Positions 51,021 through 63,194 of a stretch of DNA of 64,000 nt are shown here, piece after piece (within the stretch, counting starts at the first letter, position 1; every line of letters begins with the position of its first letter). Under the pieces are notes generated by a model. It worked only from the letters and a program-made list of their open reading frames with translations, was not told the origin of the DNA and searched no databases. Where the stretch lies: NCBI RefSeq assembly GCF_001194135.2, contig NC_068994.1, forward strand, positions 20,874,508-20,938,507, in the 5' to 3' direction. Made by a program: the position numbers and the translations under genes. The DNA comes from Octopus bimaculoides (Eukaryota).

Positions 51021-54000
51021 CATCGTCGTTTAACATCCACTTTTCATGAGTTGGACAGTTTGACTGAGGGCTAGCAAGCCAGAAGACTGCACCAGGCTCC
51101 AGTCCGATTTGGCAAAGTTTCTACTGCTGGATGCCCTTCCTAACACCAACCACTCTGTGAGTGTAGTGGGTGCTTTTTATGTGCCACCGGCACGAGGGCC
51201 ATTTGGGCGGTACTGGCATTAACCACGCTTGAATGGTGCTTTTTATGTGCCACTGGCACAGGAGCCAGTCAGGCAATACTGGCAATGACCAAACTTGAAA
51301 GGTGCTTTTTATGTGCCATCAGCACTGGTATTGACCACGCTCGAATGGTGCTTTTTATGTGCCATTGGCATGGGAGCCAGCCAGGCAACACTGACAACAA
51401 TCATACTCGAATGGTGCTTTTTACGTGCCAATCAGGCAGTACTGTCATCGGCCACGACAACGACATCACTTGCCTCAACAGGTCTTCGCAAGCGCAGTTT
51501 ATTGCCCAATGATTGAAGGGTACTCTTAAATGGGCTGGTTATGCTGCACTGGCATAGGCCATGGTTACGGTCTCACTTGACTTGCTGAGTCTTTTCAAGC
51601 ACAGCATATCTCCAAAGGTCTCGGTCACTTGTCATCGCCTCGGTGAGGCCCAATGTTTAAAGGTTGTGCTTCACCACCTCATCCCAGGTCTTCCTGGGTC
51701 TACCTCTTCCACAGTTTCCCTCTACTGCTAGGGTGTGAACACTTTTTCACACAGCTATTCTCATCCATATGCAACACACGACCACACTAGTGCAGTCGTC
51801 TCTCTTGCACACCACATCTGATACTTCTTAAGTCCAACTTTTCTCTCAGGGCGTTTACACTCTATCATGTATGCACACTGACATTACACATCCAGCGCAG
51901 CATACTAGCTTCATTCCTTGCAAGCAGTCATGGCCCATGTTTCATTGCCATGTAGCATGGCTGTTCACACACATGCGTCATACAGTCTACCTTTTACTCT
52001 GAGCGAGAAGCCCTTTGTCACCAGCAGAGGTAGGAGCTCTCTGAACTTTGCCCAGGCTATTCATATTCTAGTGGTAACACTCTCTGAGCATCCACCCCCA
52101 CTACTGACTTGGTCACCTAGGTAATGGAAGCTATCAACTACTCGTAGTTTTTTCCCCTTGGAATGTGACAGAAGCTGTTTTCTGCACATTTTCAGTGTTT
52201 ATTGCTCCTGAGCATTTACCACACACAAAAACTGTCTTCCCAGTTAGCCTTCCTTTGATATTACTGCACCTCTTATGTGTCCATAGCTTACACCAGGTAC
52301 ATCTTATAGAATTTCTACTCATGCCTTTTCTACAGATCGAGTAGGGCCATCTACTTGTAGAGATTTGTGGTTTGTCTGCCTTCTTACTTATTAAGACTTT
52401 GGTTTTTGCTACATTGACTCTAAGGCCCTTTGATTCTAATCCTTGCTTCCACACCTGAAACTTCTTTTCAAGTTCTGATAGTGACTCAGCTATTAGAGCC
52501 AGGTCATCAGCATAGAGAAGCTCCCAGGGACATCCTGTCTTGAATTCCTGTTATTGCCTGGAGGACTATGATGAATAAGAGTGGGCTGAGGACTGATCCC
52601 TGGTGGACACCTATTCAGAATTCTTCACTGTATTCATTGCCAACCCTCACCTTACTGACAGCATGGCTTGTACAGCTCTCACTAACCATTCATCTACCCC
52701 TAGTTTCTGCATTGACCACCAGATAAGGGATCAAGGGACCCTGTCAAAGGCTTTCTCCATGTCAACGAAAGCCAGGTACAGAGGTTTATCTTTGGCTAGG
52801 TATTTCTCCTGCAGCTGTCTTACCAGAAATATAGCATCGGTGGTGCTTTTCCATGGCACAAACCTAAACTGCATCTCGTCTACACTGACTCCCTAATTAG
52901 TTGGGCTATGACCTTCTCTGTGACTTTCATTACCTGGTCCAACAACTTGATCCCTCTGTAATTATTCGTATCTAATGCATCACCTTTACCTTTCTAGCAG
53001 TTGACTATGGTGCTGCTACATCCGTCATTGGGTATGACTCCTTCATGTATCATCTGATTGACTATACAGGTGACTAGACTATAGCTGACACCGCCAGATA
53101 TTTTAAGCATCTCTGCGATGATTCTTGATGGGCCGGGGGCTTTCCCTGTCTTCATACTCTTAATTGCTTTATCTACCAAGGTACTGTCAATTCGGATAAC
53201 TGGTCCCTCAGTTGGATCGACATTCAGCAGACTCTTTCTCCCATTCATTCACTTCATTTAGCAACATTTCATAGTGGCATCTCCAAGTCTCTTTCCTTGC
53301 AGCCTCATTAAATGCAAGTGAGCCATCATCCATGTGGACACATTTCTCTCCTGTGACATCACGATTCTCTCTCACACACTGTCTTACAACATGGAACATT
53401 TCAAGTCTGTGGTCCTCATAACGCAAAACATTGGCAATTATTTTTCTGATCTGCTTCCCCTCTGGTTAACTAAACCTGTCTCCTAGCTTCCCTTCTGATA
53501 CAATTCCCTGCTACCACCATTCTTCCAGTCCTTCCATGCCTGTTTCTTTTCCCTAATGGCTTTGTTAACTACATTGTTCCACCACCATGTTACCTTGGGT
53601 TGAGAGGGGACTTTGTAGGGATTTGCACCATCCACAGATCCAGTCAATAACCCTCAACTCTATGGGTGCATGGTTCGTCAGGATTCTTCCACTTCAAAAA
53701 AATGGTGTATTTGGAGCCAGCTTCTCTGAAGCTGCCTTCTCCAGGAAGCTTAGTCTCACTCAAGGCTGGCAAGTTCCTTGCAGACAAAGGCTGTACGTCA
53801 CTCCAGACGATTAATGTCACTCTTGTCCTGGAGAGGGCAGATGTTCCAGGCCCCGAAAGTGAGAGGTTGTAAAACAAAGGATTTAGGAGTCAATGATGGA
53901 TGAGTAGAAGTAGAGCTCCGACCGCTGTGTGGGAGGTCCACCAGATCAAGTTGTTATGTCCAATGTTTACCTCACCTTTTCTAGGGGCTCCCCCTTAAGG

Positions 54001-54560
54001 GGCAAGCTGTGGTAATCCTAAAGAGGCCAGCCCAGTCACAAGTCCAGCTGCCGAACTCCAATGTCATAGCTATTCATTGGAGAGTGACCATCTAAGATTT
54101 ACTGCCAATGTGGAGTTACAGACTAGAGGCTTCCAGGAGACTCAGTGTAGAAAGACGAAGCCAGTCACTGAGTAAATTGTTTGAGGTGATCATGGCTGCA
54201 CAACAGCTATGTGCATGCACTTGGCCAGGAAATTCACTGCAGCTCAAGAATTGAGATGTGCAGTCTTGTTGAGGCTGGTTGCAGTGAGCTGCCAGAGTTT
54301 ATCTGCCTTTGCCACACTTGCCCACCAAGCATTACCCTCTTCCGCCAGAGTCACTCCATGGGGGCTTGAGATTACTCTCCTCTGCTTGCTTCACCGTTGG
54401 GCTCTAGATGTTGGTGTTTGGTCGTGTTTAGTCTGGGACCTCATCCTCGACTTTGCCGCCATGGGTGACCCTACCAGGAGTCTAGGGCTCCAGACAGCAT
54501 CACTCTCGTAATCACTGGGACAGACAAGCTCTTCCACCACAGCAAGGGACAACCATCGGA
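51021..54560 (-). mobile_element. Near-full-length RTE LINE: 5' UTR, partly deleted APE endonuclease, RT with an inserted PHD-type finger, 3' UTR with minisatellite, tail
   Basis: ALSETKLPGEG..YTIF (EN), TWWWN, KTGKAPGPS, IFLVRQLQEKY..AFVDMEKAFD, HQGSVLSP, PWELLYADD, WKQGLESKGLRVNVAKTKV, a C4HC3-like finger and GRGRPRKTW. Multiple stops and frameshifts. Confidence 0.96.
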
Positions 54561-54849
54561 AGAGATATATATGTATGCACACACACACACACCACTATAC
54601 ATGTAGTCCAGTACTCTACCATTTCTACACACTTAAAAAGAGTAAATTATTGATCAACTGATTGATGCACACCATCTTTTCATACTAACTCAGATTTATA
54701 GGGTTTGTAAATTTGTTTACACATACTATTCCTACCACTAATCACTCAACTGTGGTGTAGAAGGCAGGCTTTTGAAATTCTTTAAAGAGTGGCATTGATG
54801 TTGTTAGAGAAATTCCTTAAAGAGTAGTATTGATGTTGTGACAGACACT

Positions 54850-55060
54850 CCCACACTATCAAAACATGTGTAGCCGATGATGTTCAGCTTGAACTTGTGT
54901 AAGGTGGTATCTTACAGGCAGAGTTAATCCATCTTTCTGTTTAATTCCAGCATTTGGTCCTTGGATTTCTTTAGTAGAGTTCTTCCTGCTGTTAACTTTG
55001 AAGCCAGGTCTCCAGATTGAAGATGACTTCCTTCCATCCACTTGGGTGTAAACCAAAAAA
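54850..55060 (-). mobile_element. Possible decayed APE endonuclease fragment of another LINE
   Basis: One frame reads LCL*DTTLHKFKLNIIGYTCF, resembling CLQET...I.GYT. Confidence 0.35.
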
Positions 55061-55816
55061 TGGTTGAGAATTAATGCAATAAACAGAACAACATAATTGT
55101 TTTCATTATTATGTTTATTGATAGAGCTTATTCCATTAACCTTTACTGGATCTCCAGTTGTGAGCAGAAGGGAAGAACAAACAGCAACCCATGGCTGTTG
55201 CTAATCCCTACTTTGATTTCTTCTAAGTAGCCCAGCTTGAAGCTGGTGGCCATGGGTAGACTTCCTAGCAGCCTGTCAAAGAGTTACTTATAGTGTCAGG
55301 TTCCTGTCATATCTCTGCTGGAGAGTGATTTCCACCTATACCAACTAACAGATGGTGATACTACATAAATGAGCATGGAAGGTTCAGTAGTTAACAGCAT
55401 ATAACCACATTCATCTTAATATATGTGTATGTGAATGGGTAAATGTTTATCAAATATGTTTCAGCATTAGAATTACTCATGCAGTGAAGGAAAGAATAAC
55501 AAACATTAGCACAAACACTGATATTTTGCAAACATAATGACAACTCCAGTCAATTCTAATCTAATTTTGAAACATCTTGATTACTCTAGATTTTGAAGAT
55601 GTTATCCCTGCAGTTTCAAACAGATTTAAGCTTTGAGCTAATGCTTTCCTCTCTTTGCTGTGAGAAAAGTCTTAATACTGACTTAACTAATTGTATTCTG
55701 TACACATGACATCCCTTGGCAATTTCCTCAGTCATTATGTTATATTCTTATGTTAATCCATGTGCTTCATATGTTAATTCTATTATTACTGATCTGGTAA
55801 GTAGGTTAAAAACTAC

Positions 55817-55858
55817 ACTTTGCTGAGGAGGTCTAAAAGACCAAAACATGTCCATAGT
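55817..55858 (+). ncRNA. Decayed minimal type I hammerhead ribozyme motif (Penelope-type), probably inactive
   Basis: actttg-CTGAGGA-ggtct aaa agacc-AAAA(for GAAA)C-at-GTC-catagt. Stems I and II, a palindromic mini stem III and the GUC site are all present. Confidence 0.6.
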
Positions 55859-58800
55859 TGTCACCATGCTTGTCAAGAATCAGATTAATTTAATACCAGT
55901 TCTTGTGCTAATATTTTGTTGTGTTTTATCCTTACCACATACATAATTCTAATTTCAATTGATTGTGAATTGGAAGCTTTTTCAATAAGAATTGTATGTT
56001 GATCTATGTTTTCCTCCCCTTATTGCAGTGAGGGTCTTCATTAATTAAAATTCTCTTGCACACTTCATTATGTAAGTCATTATTAACATTACTATTAACT
56101 TTTAGGAATGATGTTAGTTAACCTTTGTGTTGCTGTTGATTTGAAAAATCATTCTCTTATATTGGTCAATCAACTTGAAATAAGAGCTTAATTGCCTTCA
56201 ACTAATATTCTACCATCTTAGAATAGTAAGTACATATTGGATATTATAGTCCTATAAAGCACTATGTCATGGCTTAGTGGTTAGGCTATTCGGTTCATGA
56301 TCATAAGGTCAGGAGTTTGATTCCCAGCAGCGTATGTTGTCCTTGAGCAAGACACTTTTATTTCACATTGCTGCAGTCCACTCAACTGGTAAAAATGAGT
56401 AGCACCTGTATTTCAAAGGGTCATCCTCATCACATTCTGTGCTACACTGAATCTCCCTGAGAACTATGTTATGGGTACATGTATCTGTAGAGTATTCAAC
56501 CACTTGCATGTTCATATCAGGAGCAGGCTGTTCTGTTGATTGGATCAGCTGGAACCCTCATCATCATAACTGACAGAGTGCTAGTTCATATCAAGGGGAA
56601 AGCATTGGAGAGGGGTTGCAACCAGGCTGCCTTCTTTATTTCAGAGTTTAAGCGGAGACTAAGCAACACCTTTCTAACATGAACTTTCAAAAGGCAATCA
56701 AGAAGAGATTGATTTCATACTGTATAGGCACAAGCGTGGCTGTGTGGTACAAATCTTGCTTACCAACCACATGATTCCAGGTTCAGTCTTCTACTATAGC
56801 TTCAGGCTGACCAAAGCCTTGTGAGTGGATTTGATAGACAGAAACTGGAAGAAGTCTGTCATGTGTATATATATTTGTGTGTGCGTGGGTCTGTATTTAC
56901 CCCTCATCATTGCTTGACAACCGATGCTGGTGTGTTTATGTTCCCATAACTTTGCGGTTTGGCAAAATAAACCAATATAATAAGTACTAGACTTACAAAG
57001 AATAAGACTTGGGGTTGATTTCTTCGACTAAAACCCTTTAAGATAGTTCTCCAGCATGGCCACAGTCAAATGACTGATTCAAGTAAAAGAATAAAAGAGA
57101 GAAAGAGAAAAGAAAAACTATTCACAATTAACTCTCTCACATCTATAATCATTAATGTCTAACCTCAGATCTAAATTATTATTGATGATATTTTACTTTA
57201 TTCCCTTACTGCTTACATCACATAAAATAAAATCAGAGAGAAAGAAACGTTACTTTTATACCAAATAGAATAAATCCCTTCATTATCATCATTTAACATT
57301 CACATTCTCTGCTGACGTGGATTAGATGGAATTTGTTGAGGAAGATTTTCTATAGCTAAATGTTCTTCTTGTTGTCAACCCTCACCTGTTTTCAAGTAAG
57401 GTGTTTTCCCCATGATCAGCCATGTGTCAGAAGATTGAAAACAAAGGACACTGCTTGCATGACAGTAACTTTCACAACAATTATGCAATGTCAAGGAAAG
57501 GAGACAGTAGCAACACAACCACACACAAGTACATATATGATGGGCTTCCTTTAATTTTCATGAAGCAAAGACACATGCCTGAATTCCCACACTGTAGAAC
57601 TGAACCCAAAGTCATGTAGTTGACAGGCAATCATCTTACCACACTGCCACTTTCTACTATTTATAGTATGTGGACTCAAATAGCAGTTGTCCAAAATTAT
57701 TACTTCTGTTGCTGCAATCATAGATATTGATGTTGCTGCAGATGCAGCAAGTTTATGAATCATTTAAGGTGAAAACTATTTCTGATGAACGTTATTTCAT
57801 TGATCAGATAAGTGGTGAATGGGCAAAGGTTATTAGGATAACAGGTACAATGTCTTGCAGTATTTGTTCTGCCTCTCTGTGCTCTAAGTTCAAATGCCAC
57901 TGAGGTTAACTTTAACCTGTGGTCTTTTTTGGAGGTGTTAAACAATATACAAATCAAGTAATAGGGTTAATTTTTCAAGCCTTCTCACTGAAGTGGATTA
58001 AAGCTGCTAATAGAGGGGTTGTGCCACTTTAGTTTCTTAAAGCACCAAAAATGTAATCTAGCTAAGTCTCTGGCAGAATCTATGGCAGTGGGTATCATTT
58101 GGCCAAATAATGACTAGGGGTCCCTTTGTTAAAAAAAATGATTAGATTTATTTTCATCATCTTTTAAAACTTGTAGGATTGTATATGGAATTGGAGTGGG
58201 GAGATTTATGACTGAGCTTAACTCTGTTAGTTGGAACACATAGGTTACCTATATGAAAATAAATCAATTAAAAGGTTTCCCAGAAAGAAATGACCACTTA
58301 ACCCTTTAGCATCTGTCAAATGTCATGTTTATTTATTCACGTTGCTTTGAATTAATCATGCATTATCTTGTACCTATGAGGTAACTATTAAATTTTAGAA
58401 TGACATTGTAAGGTAGGTGTGAGAGGCCATATCTGGCCAGTTTAAATATATAATAGGTAGAACATTTTGGTTGGATATAGCCGGTTTAAATGCTAAAGAT
58501 TTAAGTTATTTCTCATTGAATGGAAGGTTTTCTTGCTATAAAATGCTTTGCTCAAAAATTCTTCCTATTATCTCAATTTTTGGAACATCCTAATTGAAAG
58601 TAGTATCACCATCAACATTGATATCCTCGTCATTATACTCATAAAGACTTGAGACATTTGGTTATGCTCTACTAAACTATTCTTTCCACTGACAACTTAC
58701 AGCATATCCTTGTCCATTCATGTTACATACCATAGTCTTCTGTCCTATGTATATTTTTCAATATCTTTGATCTAAAATCGCCTCCTTAACTCTTTTCTAT

Positions 58801-59367
58801 TCAGTTTTTCCTTTAATTAATATTGCACATACAACATACCATACTCATTCTTAAAAAATAAATGAACCTAAGGTAAAAAAAAAATGTTTCTAAATGCTCA
58901 TGGGTCATGAAGCTAAGTTTGTCACCAGTCTCTTGGCTTTAAGCAAAAAGCTAAAGGTCTCTCTGGAAAGGATGTCAGTCTATCATAGATTACATTCTCA
59001 TAAGAATTCTTACTTCCCAGATTTATGTAAATTTAGATTCAAATGCCATTTAACTAATTGAACTTTATAATGACAAAGACACTAAACAAGATTCTGAGGA
59101 AAAGTTACTGCAAAATCAAAAGAAATAAATTTCTGAACATGTGTGACAAATTAAAAGAAAAAAATTAAAGAAAGATAAGAAGCATGAGAGTGAAGAACAA
59201 AATATAAGATAAAGAAATTCAAAGGAAGAGATTAGGGAAGCCAAGCAAAGCTAAGTAGGTAACTGAACAGTGTGAAAATATTGTGGACAGCCTTTCCAAC
59301 AACAACACAAGGAGGCACTGCAACTGGTAAAGAATTTCACTGAAGAAAAAAAAAAAAAAAAAAAAAA

Positions 59368-59377
59368 NNNNNNNNNN
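59368..59377. other. Assembly gap (10 N) in poly-A
   Basis: N run. Confidence 1.
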
Positions 59378-60884
59378 AAAACAAAAAGAAATAAAAGCTA
59401 ATGGAAAGTTGAACAGATTACTATTCAGAATTGTGCAATGACTAGGGCAGAGGTGATCCAAATGTGCTGACTGTACAGAAATCTTCCTATGAGAATGACT
59501 TCTCAGTCAAGTGTAAAATCAAAACTACAACAGTAAAACCACTGACAGACAGAAAATTGGTGACAGCTGACAACATCCAGGCAAAAATAGGCATCCTTAT
59601 GACTCTCTATTAATAAAGGTGGGTGCACAGCTAAGGTTGCTATTTTTCTACAGAAGCCTCTTTTTTTCATCCTCTGTGGAGTTCATGATGGTGATGGTAG
59701 TTCTGGATTTTGTAGTTGCTGGAAGAGGGGTGAAGTGTTATTTTTCATTGAAAATAGTGACAGCCATTCTCACTTTGTCAAGTAAAATTTTCAAAGTAGC
59801 TAACATCTTTAGCATTGCCATAACTACCTCCCAACCCTTCCCTCTTCAAATGGCAAATTTATGGATAAAATAAGTACCAGTTGAGCATTGACTAGCTCCC
59901 TCCCACAAAATTTCAGATCTTGTACCTATAGTAGAAAGAATTATTATTAGTAGCAATACACAAAGTAATGTACTTACCACAAAACTAAATGCTTGATGGT
60001 ATTTTTGTCACATAACACACAAGTTGAAAAACCAGTGGGGTTGGCATCATCATTAACCATCAAGAGTTAGTAAGACAGTCATTCACTGAGACTGATTCAG
60101 TCAACTAATTCTTTTCATTATAAGTCTGTGCATGTGGCATTATATTAATCCTTTGTCTATCTTGTGTATCATATGTGATAAACAGGATACATTTTACTGA
60201 TGTCCATGCATCATATATGATACACATTCCCAATTTTTTTTCAACCACCTGAATAACTTTAGGCAAGTTTTATTATTACCAAGGGCATGAAACAAGGGTT
60301 AACTAAAAGTCAAATATGGTTGTTTAGGACAAACTTATGAAAATGCTTTGGACAGACAAAGGGTTAAATGTAAGAAATTATAAATGTCTTTTCAAATAAT
60401 TTGATATAGATTTTATTGCTTTATTATTATTTTGGTTGTTACTGATCATCATTATTAAAAGTGAATAAAGAAACCATAATTATTGTTATTTTTGTATCTA
60501 AGCTGTTCAGATTGTTAAAAAAATGTTTTTTAAGTTTTAACCTATTTCCACAAATTTCTCCAACAAAATAATAATAATGTGAGGCTGCATGACCTAGTGG
60601 TTATGGTGTTGTACTCACAATAGCGAGATAATGGTTTCAGTCCCTAGATCAGCTGGTGTTTTGTGTTCTGGAGCAAAACACTTCATCTCGTGTCACTCTG
60701 TGATCAACTTGACACCTGACTAGTGGTGCACGGTGCACCTGTTCAGGTAACGTTGATTTGATGGAGGGAGTGAGCTAATGTGCAGCACAAACATTTGATT
60801 AATATAAAACAAATTATTTGTGCAGGTCATTCAGCAAAAGCTGAACACTCATACACCATCTTTGATGGAAGAGTCCATCAATAA

Positions 60885-61190
60885 CAACAACCAGATATCA
60901 CTCTCCTTCTGACAATGTCCAAAGAACGGACAGCTACACCTAGAGACTAAAATATTGTTAAAACAGAGGACATAGAAGTCAGGAAGTACCAGAATTGGAA
61001 GTGAAAAGAATCGATAGAGCCTCAAAAGTGAGTGTAGAACTTATTCTGATCAGCACACTTGAAACCATCTCAAAAGGAGCAATATTCTGACAACAAAAGC
61101 TGTAAATGCCAAACTTCTTAGGAAGTTTTCAGATGGCAGCAATATTTGGAACAGATCATGTGTTGCGGAAAGCACTTCAGGATGGAGCTT
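60885..61190 (+). mobile_element. Decayed C-terminus of an REL-type (R4/NeSL-like) non-LTR retrotransposon
   Basis: QPDITLL...PRD*NIVKTEDIEVRKYQ and QMAAIFGTDHVLRKAL match the REL pattern PD..D...K..KY and the terminal QK.ALLGT..ILR.VL. Confidence 0.7.
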
Positions 61191-62409
61191 AGAAGTGACA
61201 TAGCCATACATAAATCAGTTAACTGAATAACAATAATAGGGTATTGAAAGCTAGTGGATACCTAAGGTTACAGGTAATAACCAGCTACCCACATAAATCT
61301 TACTAGGAATAAGACCAAACCTGAGTCAAATCAGAAATAATATACACATATATACAGATAAACTAATAAACACACATACATGTTATCAATAAGTAAATCA
61401 GTGGTGAATTAGCCTTTATTAGAGCATTGGCTGAAATGCATTGAGGTATTTATCCTGGTATCTTGTGTTACAAGTTTAAAACTCACTGAAGCCAACTTTA
61501 CCTTTCGTCTTTTCATGGTTAAGAAATTAAGTACCAGTGTAGGGCAATAAACTTAAGAAATATTAGAGCATTGGATGGGATGCCTTGCAATATTTGTTCC
61601 AGCTCATTGAGTTCTTCATTCAAATTTCATTATACCAACTTGGCTTTTAGAGGATTCTTTCCTCCTTCTCCTTCACCAATTTTGAAGGTTTTCTAAAAGG
61701 TCATAGGCACTGTCCTTCCTTCTGTGGTTAAGAAGCTTGCTTCCCAACTAGGTAGTCTTGGATTCAGTCTCACTGTACAGAATTTATTATTATTGATATT
61801 AAGGCAGCAAACTGGCAGAATTGTTAGCATGCCGGGCAAAATGCTTCGGTGGCATTTTGTCCATCTTTACATTCTGAGTTCAAATTCCACCAAGGTCAAC
61901 TGTACCTTTCATTCTTTCTGGGTAGATAAATTAAGTACCAGTGAAACACTGGGGTCAGTGTAATGGACTGATTCCCTCCCCACAAATTTCAGGCCTTGTG
62001 CCTTCAGTAGAAACGATTATTATTATTATTTGTTTTCTTCACATTTTTTTCCATTTTTCTCTTCTTTACTGATTTTTTTAAGGTTTTTTCTTTTTTGTTT
62101 TATATTCACCTCCATTCATGTGTCATCTCACTTCCTTCACACCTCTCCTTATCCTTTCTATCTCTCTATCTTTTCCCCTTTGCATATGTTCTGCCCTTTC
62201 CACTGCTCTCCTCCTGTTTCTCTGTTTCTTTCATTCAATTATTTTTCTCTTTTCTATTCTCTGCTTTATTATTGATCTTCTTCGGTTGAAATCGTTCCAA
62301 TCAGTAAGGCAGGCTATTGTGTGCCTGCTTAGCATTTGCTTCTCTTTGAAGCACTTGTGTGTGTGTGTGTGTGTGTAAGATATGCATTGTTTCACACCCT
62401 CTCTCTCAC

Positions 62410-63194
62410 ACACATGAGAGAGGGAGAGAGAGAGAGAGAGTGCATGCATAATTTCTCTAAAATGGTATATCATAGGAAATAACTGTTTCTATCTGTTACA
62501 TGGCCTCGCTCTCAGTTCTGTTTCTGCATTGACTGCAGCTAATAATCCTCTCTCTCTCCCCAACTCCTTCCTCTCTTTTCTCCTTTCCTGTTCATTCTCC
62601 CTCTCCCTTTCCTCTTCCTTCTACTGCTGCTGTCGGTTACATTTTCTCTTTGACAGTGATTCCACTGGGCAGTGTGAGAAGGACCCCCAGTGTCCGGCAC
62701 ATCAGCCCGCTGCTGCTGTGTCACTTCTTTTCCTTTCCTCTCTCCTTTCTTTGTTGCCATCACATGAAGATCAAAGACTGATTGATTTCATCGAATGACA
62801 ACAGTGACAGTGTGTTGACAGTGGGAGTTTAGCCACGTCGAATCTTCCTGCTTTTGTTTTATGCAAGGTGAAAGAACAACAAAGACAGTAATTACAACAA
62901 CAATATTACAAAAGAGAAAAACAAAACTCTCTCTTCTTTATTCAAAAAGAAAAAAAGCAAATCAAAAAACAACGAAGCCAAGAAATTAACACCTTGAAAT
63001 TGTTTTTCGGTCTAAAAGTCTTTCTTTTTTGTTCCACTCATCCATATTTGAAGTAGATTGTTAATCCGGAAGCTGAGTGACTGACATAAATGACTTACTG
63101 ATAGAAGCCCTTTCCTTTCCTTGTTTGGACTTTAATCACTCATCTGTGTCCATTTTGCTGGTATGACTTCGATCTTCCTCCCACAGCAGTGCAG
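62410..63194 (+). promoter_or_regulatory. Second promoter / first-exon-like region
   Basis: (GA)n tract, Inr-like TCAGTT at 62512-62517, CT-rich leader, locally retained CpGs, donors at 62867, 63160 and 63194. Confidence 0.45.
63163..63194 (+). CDS. Candidate alternative first coding exon: MTSIFLPQQC (ends phase 2)
   Basis: ATG, 10 codons, donor cag|gtagga. An in-frame TAG follows immediately if unspliced. Confidence 0.3.

Noticed and set aside
51170-51430. CRISPR-like repeat array (regularly spaced ~20-bp cores)
   Set aside because: The intervening segments resemble each other, it lies in an RTE 3' UTR of an animal genome, and there are no cas genes. It is a minisatellite.
62657-62798. Terminal exon with a GPI-like tail (DSTGQCEKDPQC...AAAVSLLFLSSLLSLLP)
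   Set aside because: The hydrophobic stretch comes from CT-rich leader sequence and is followed by charged residues. The region reads better as promoter/5' UTR.
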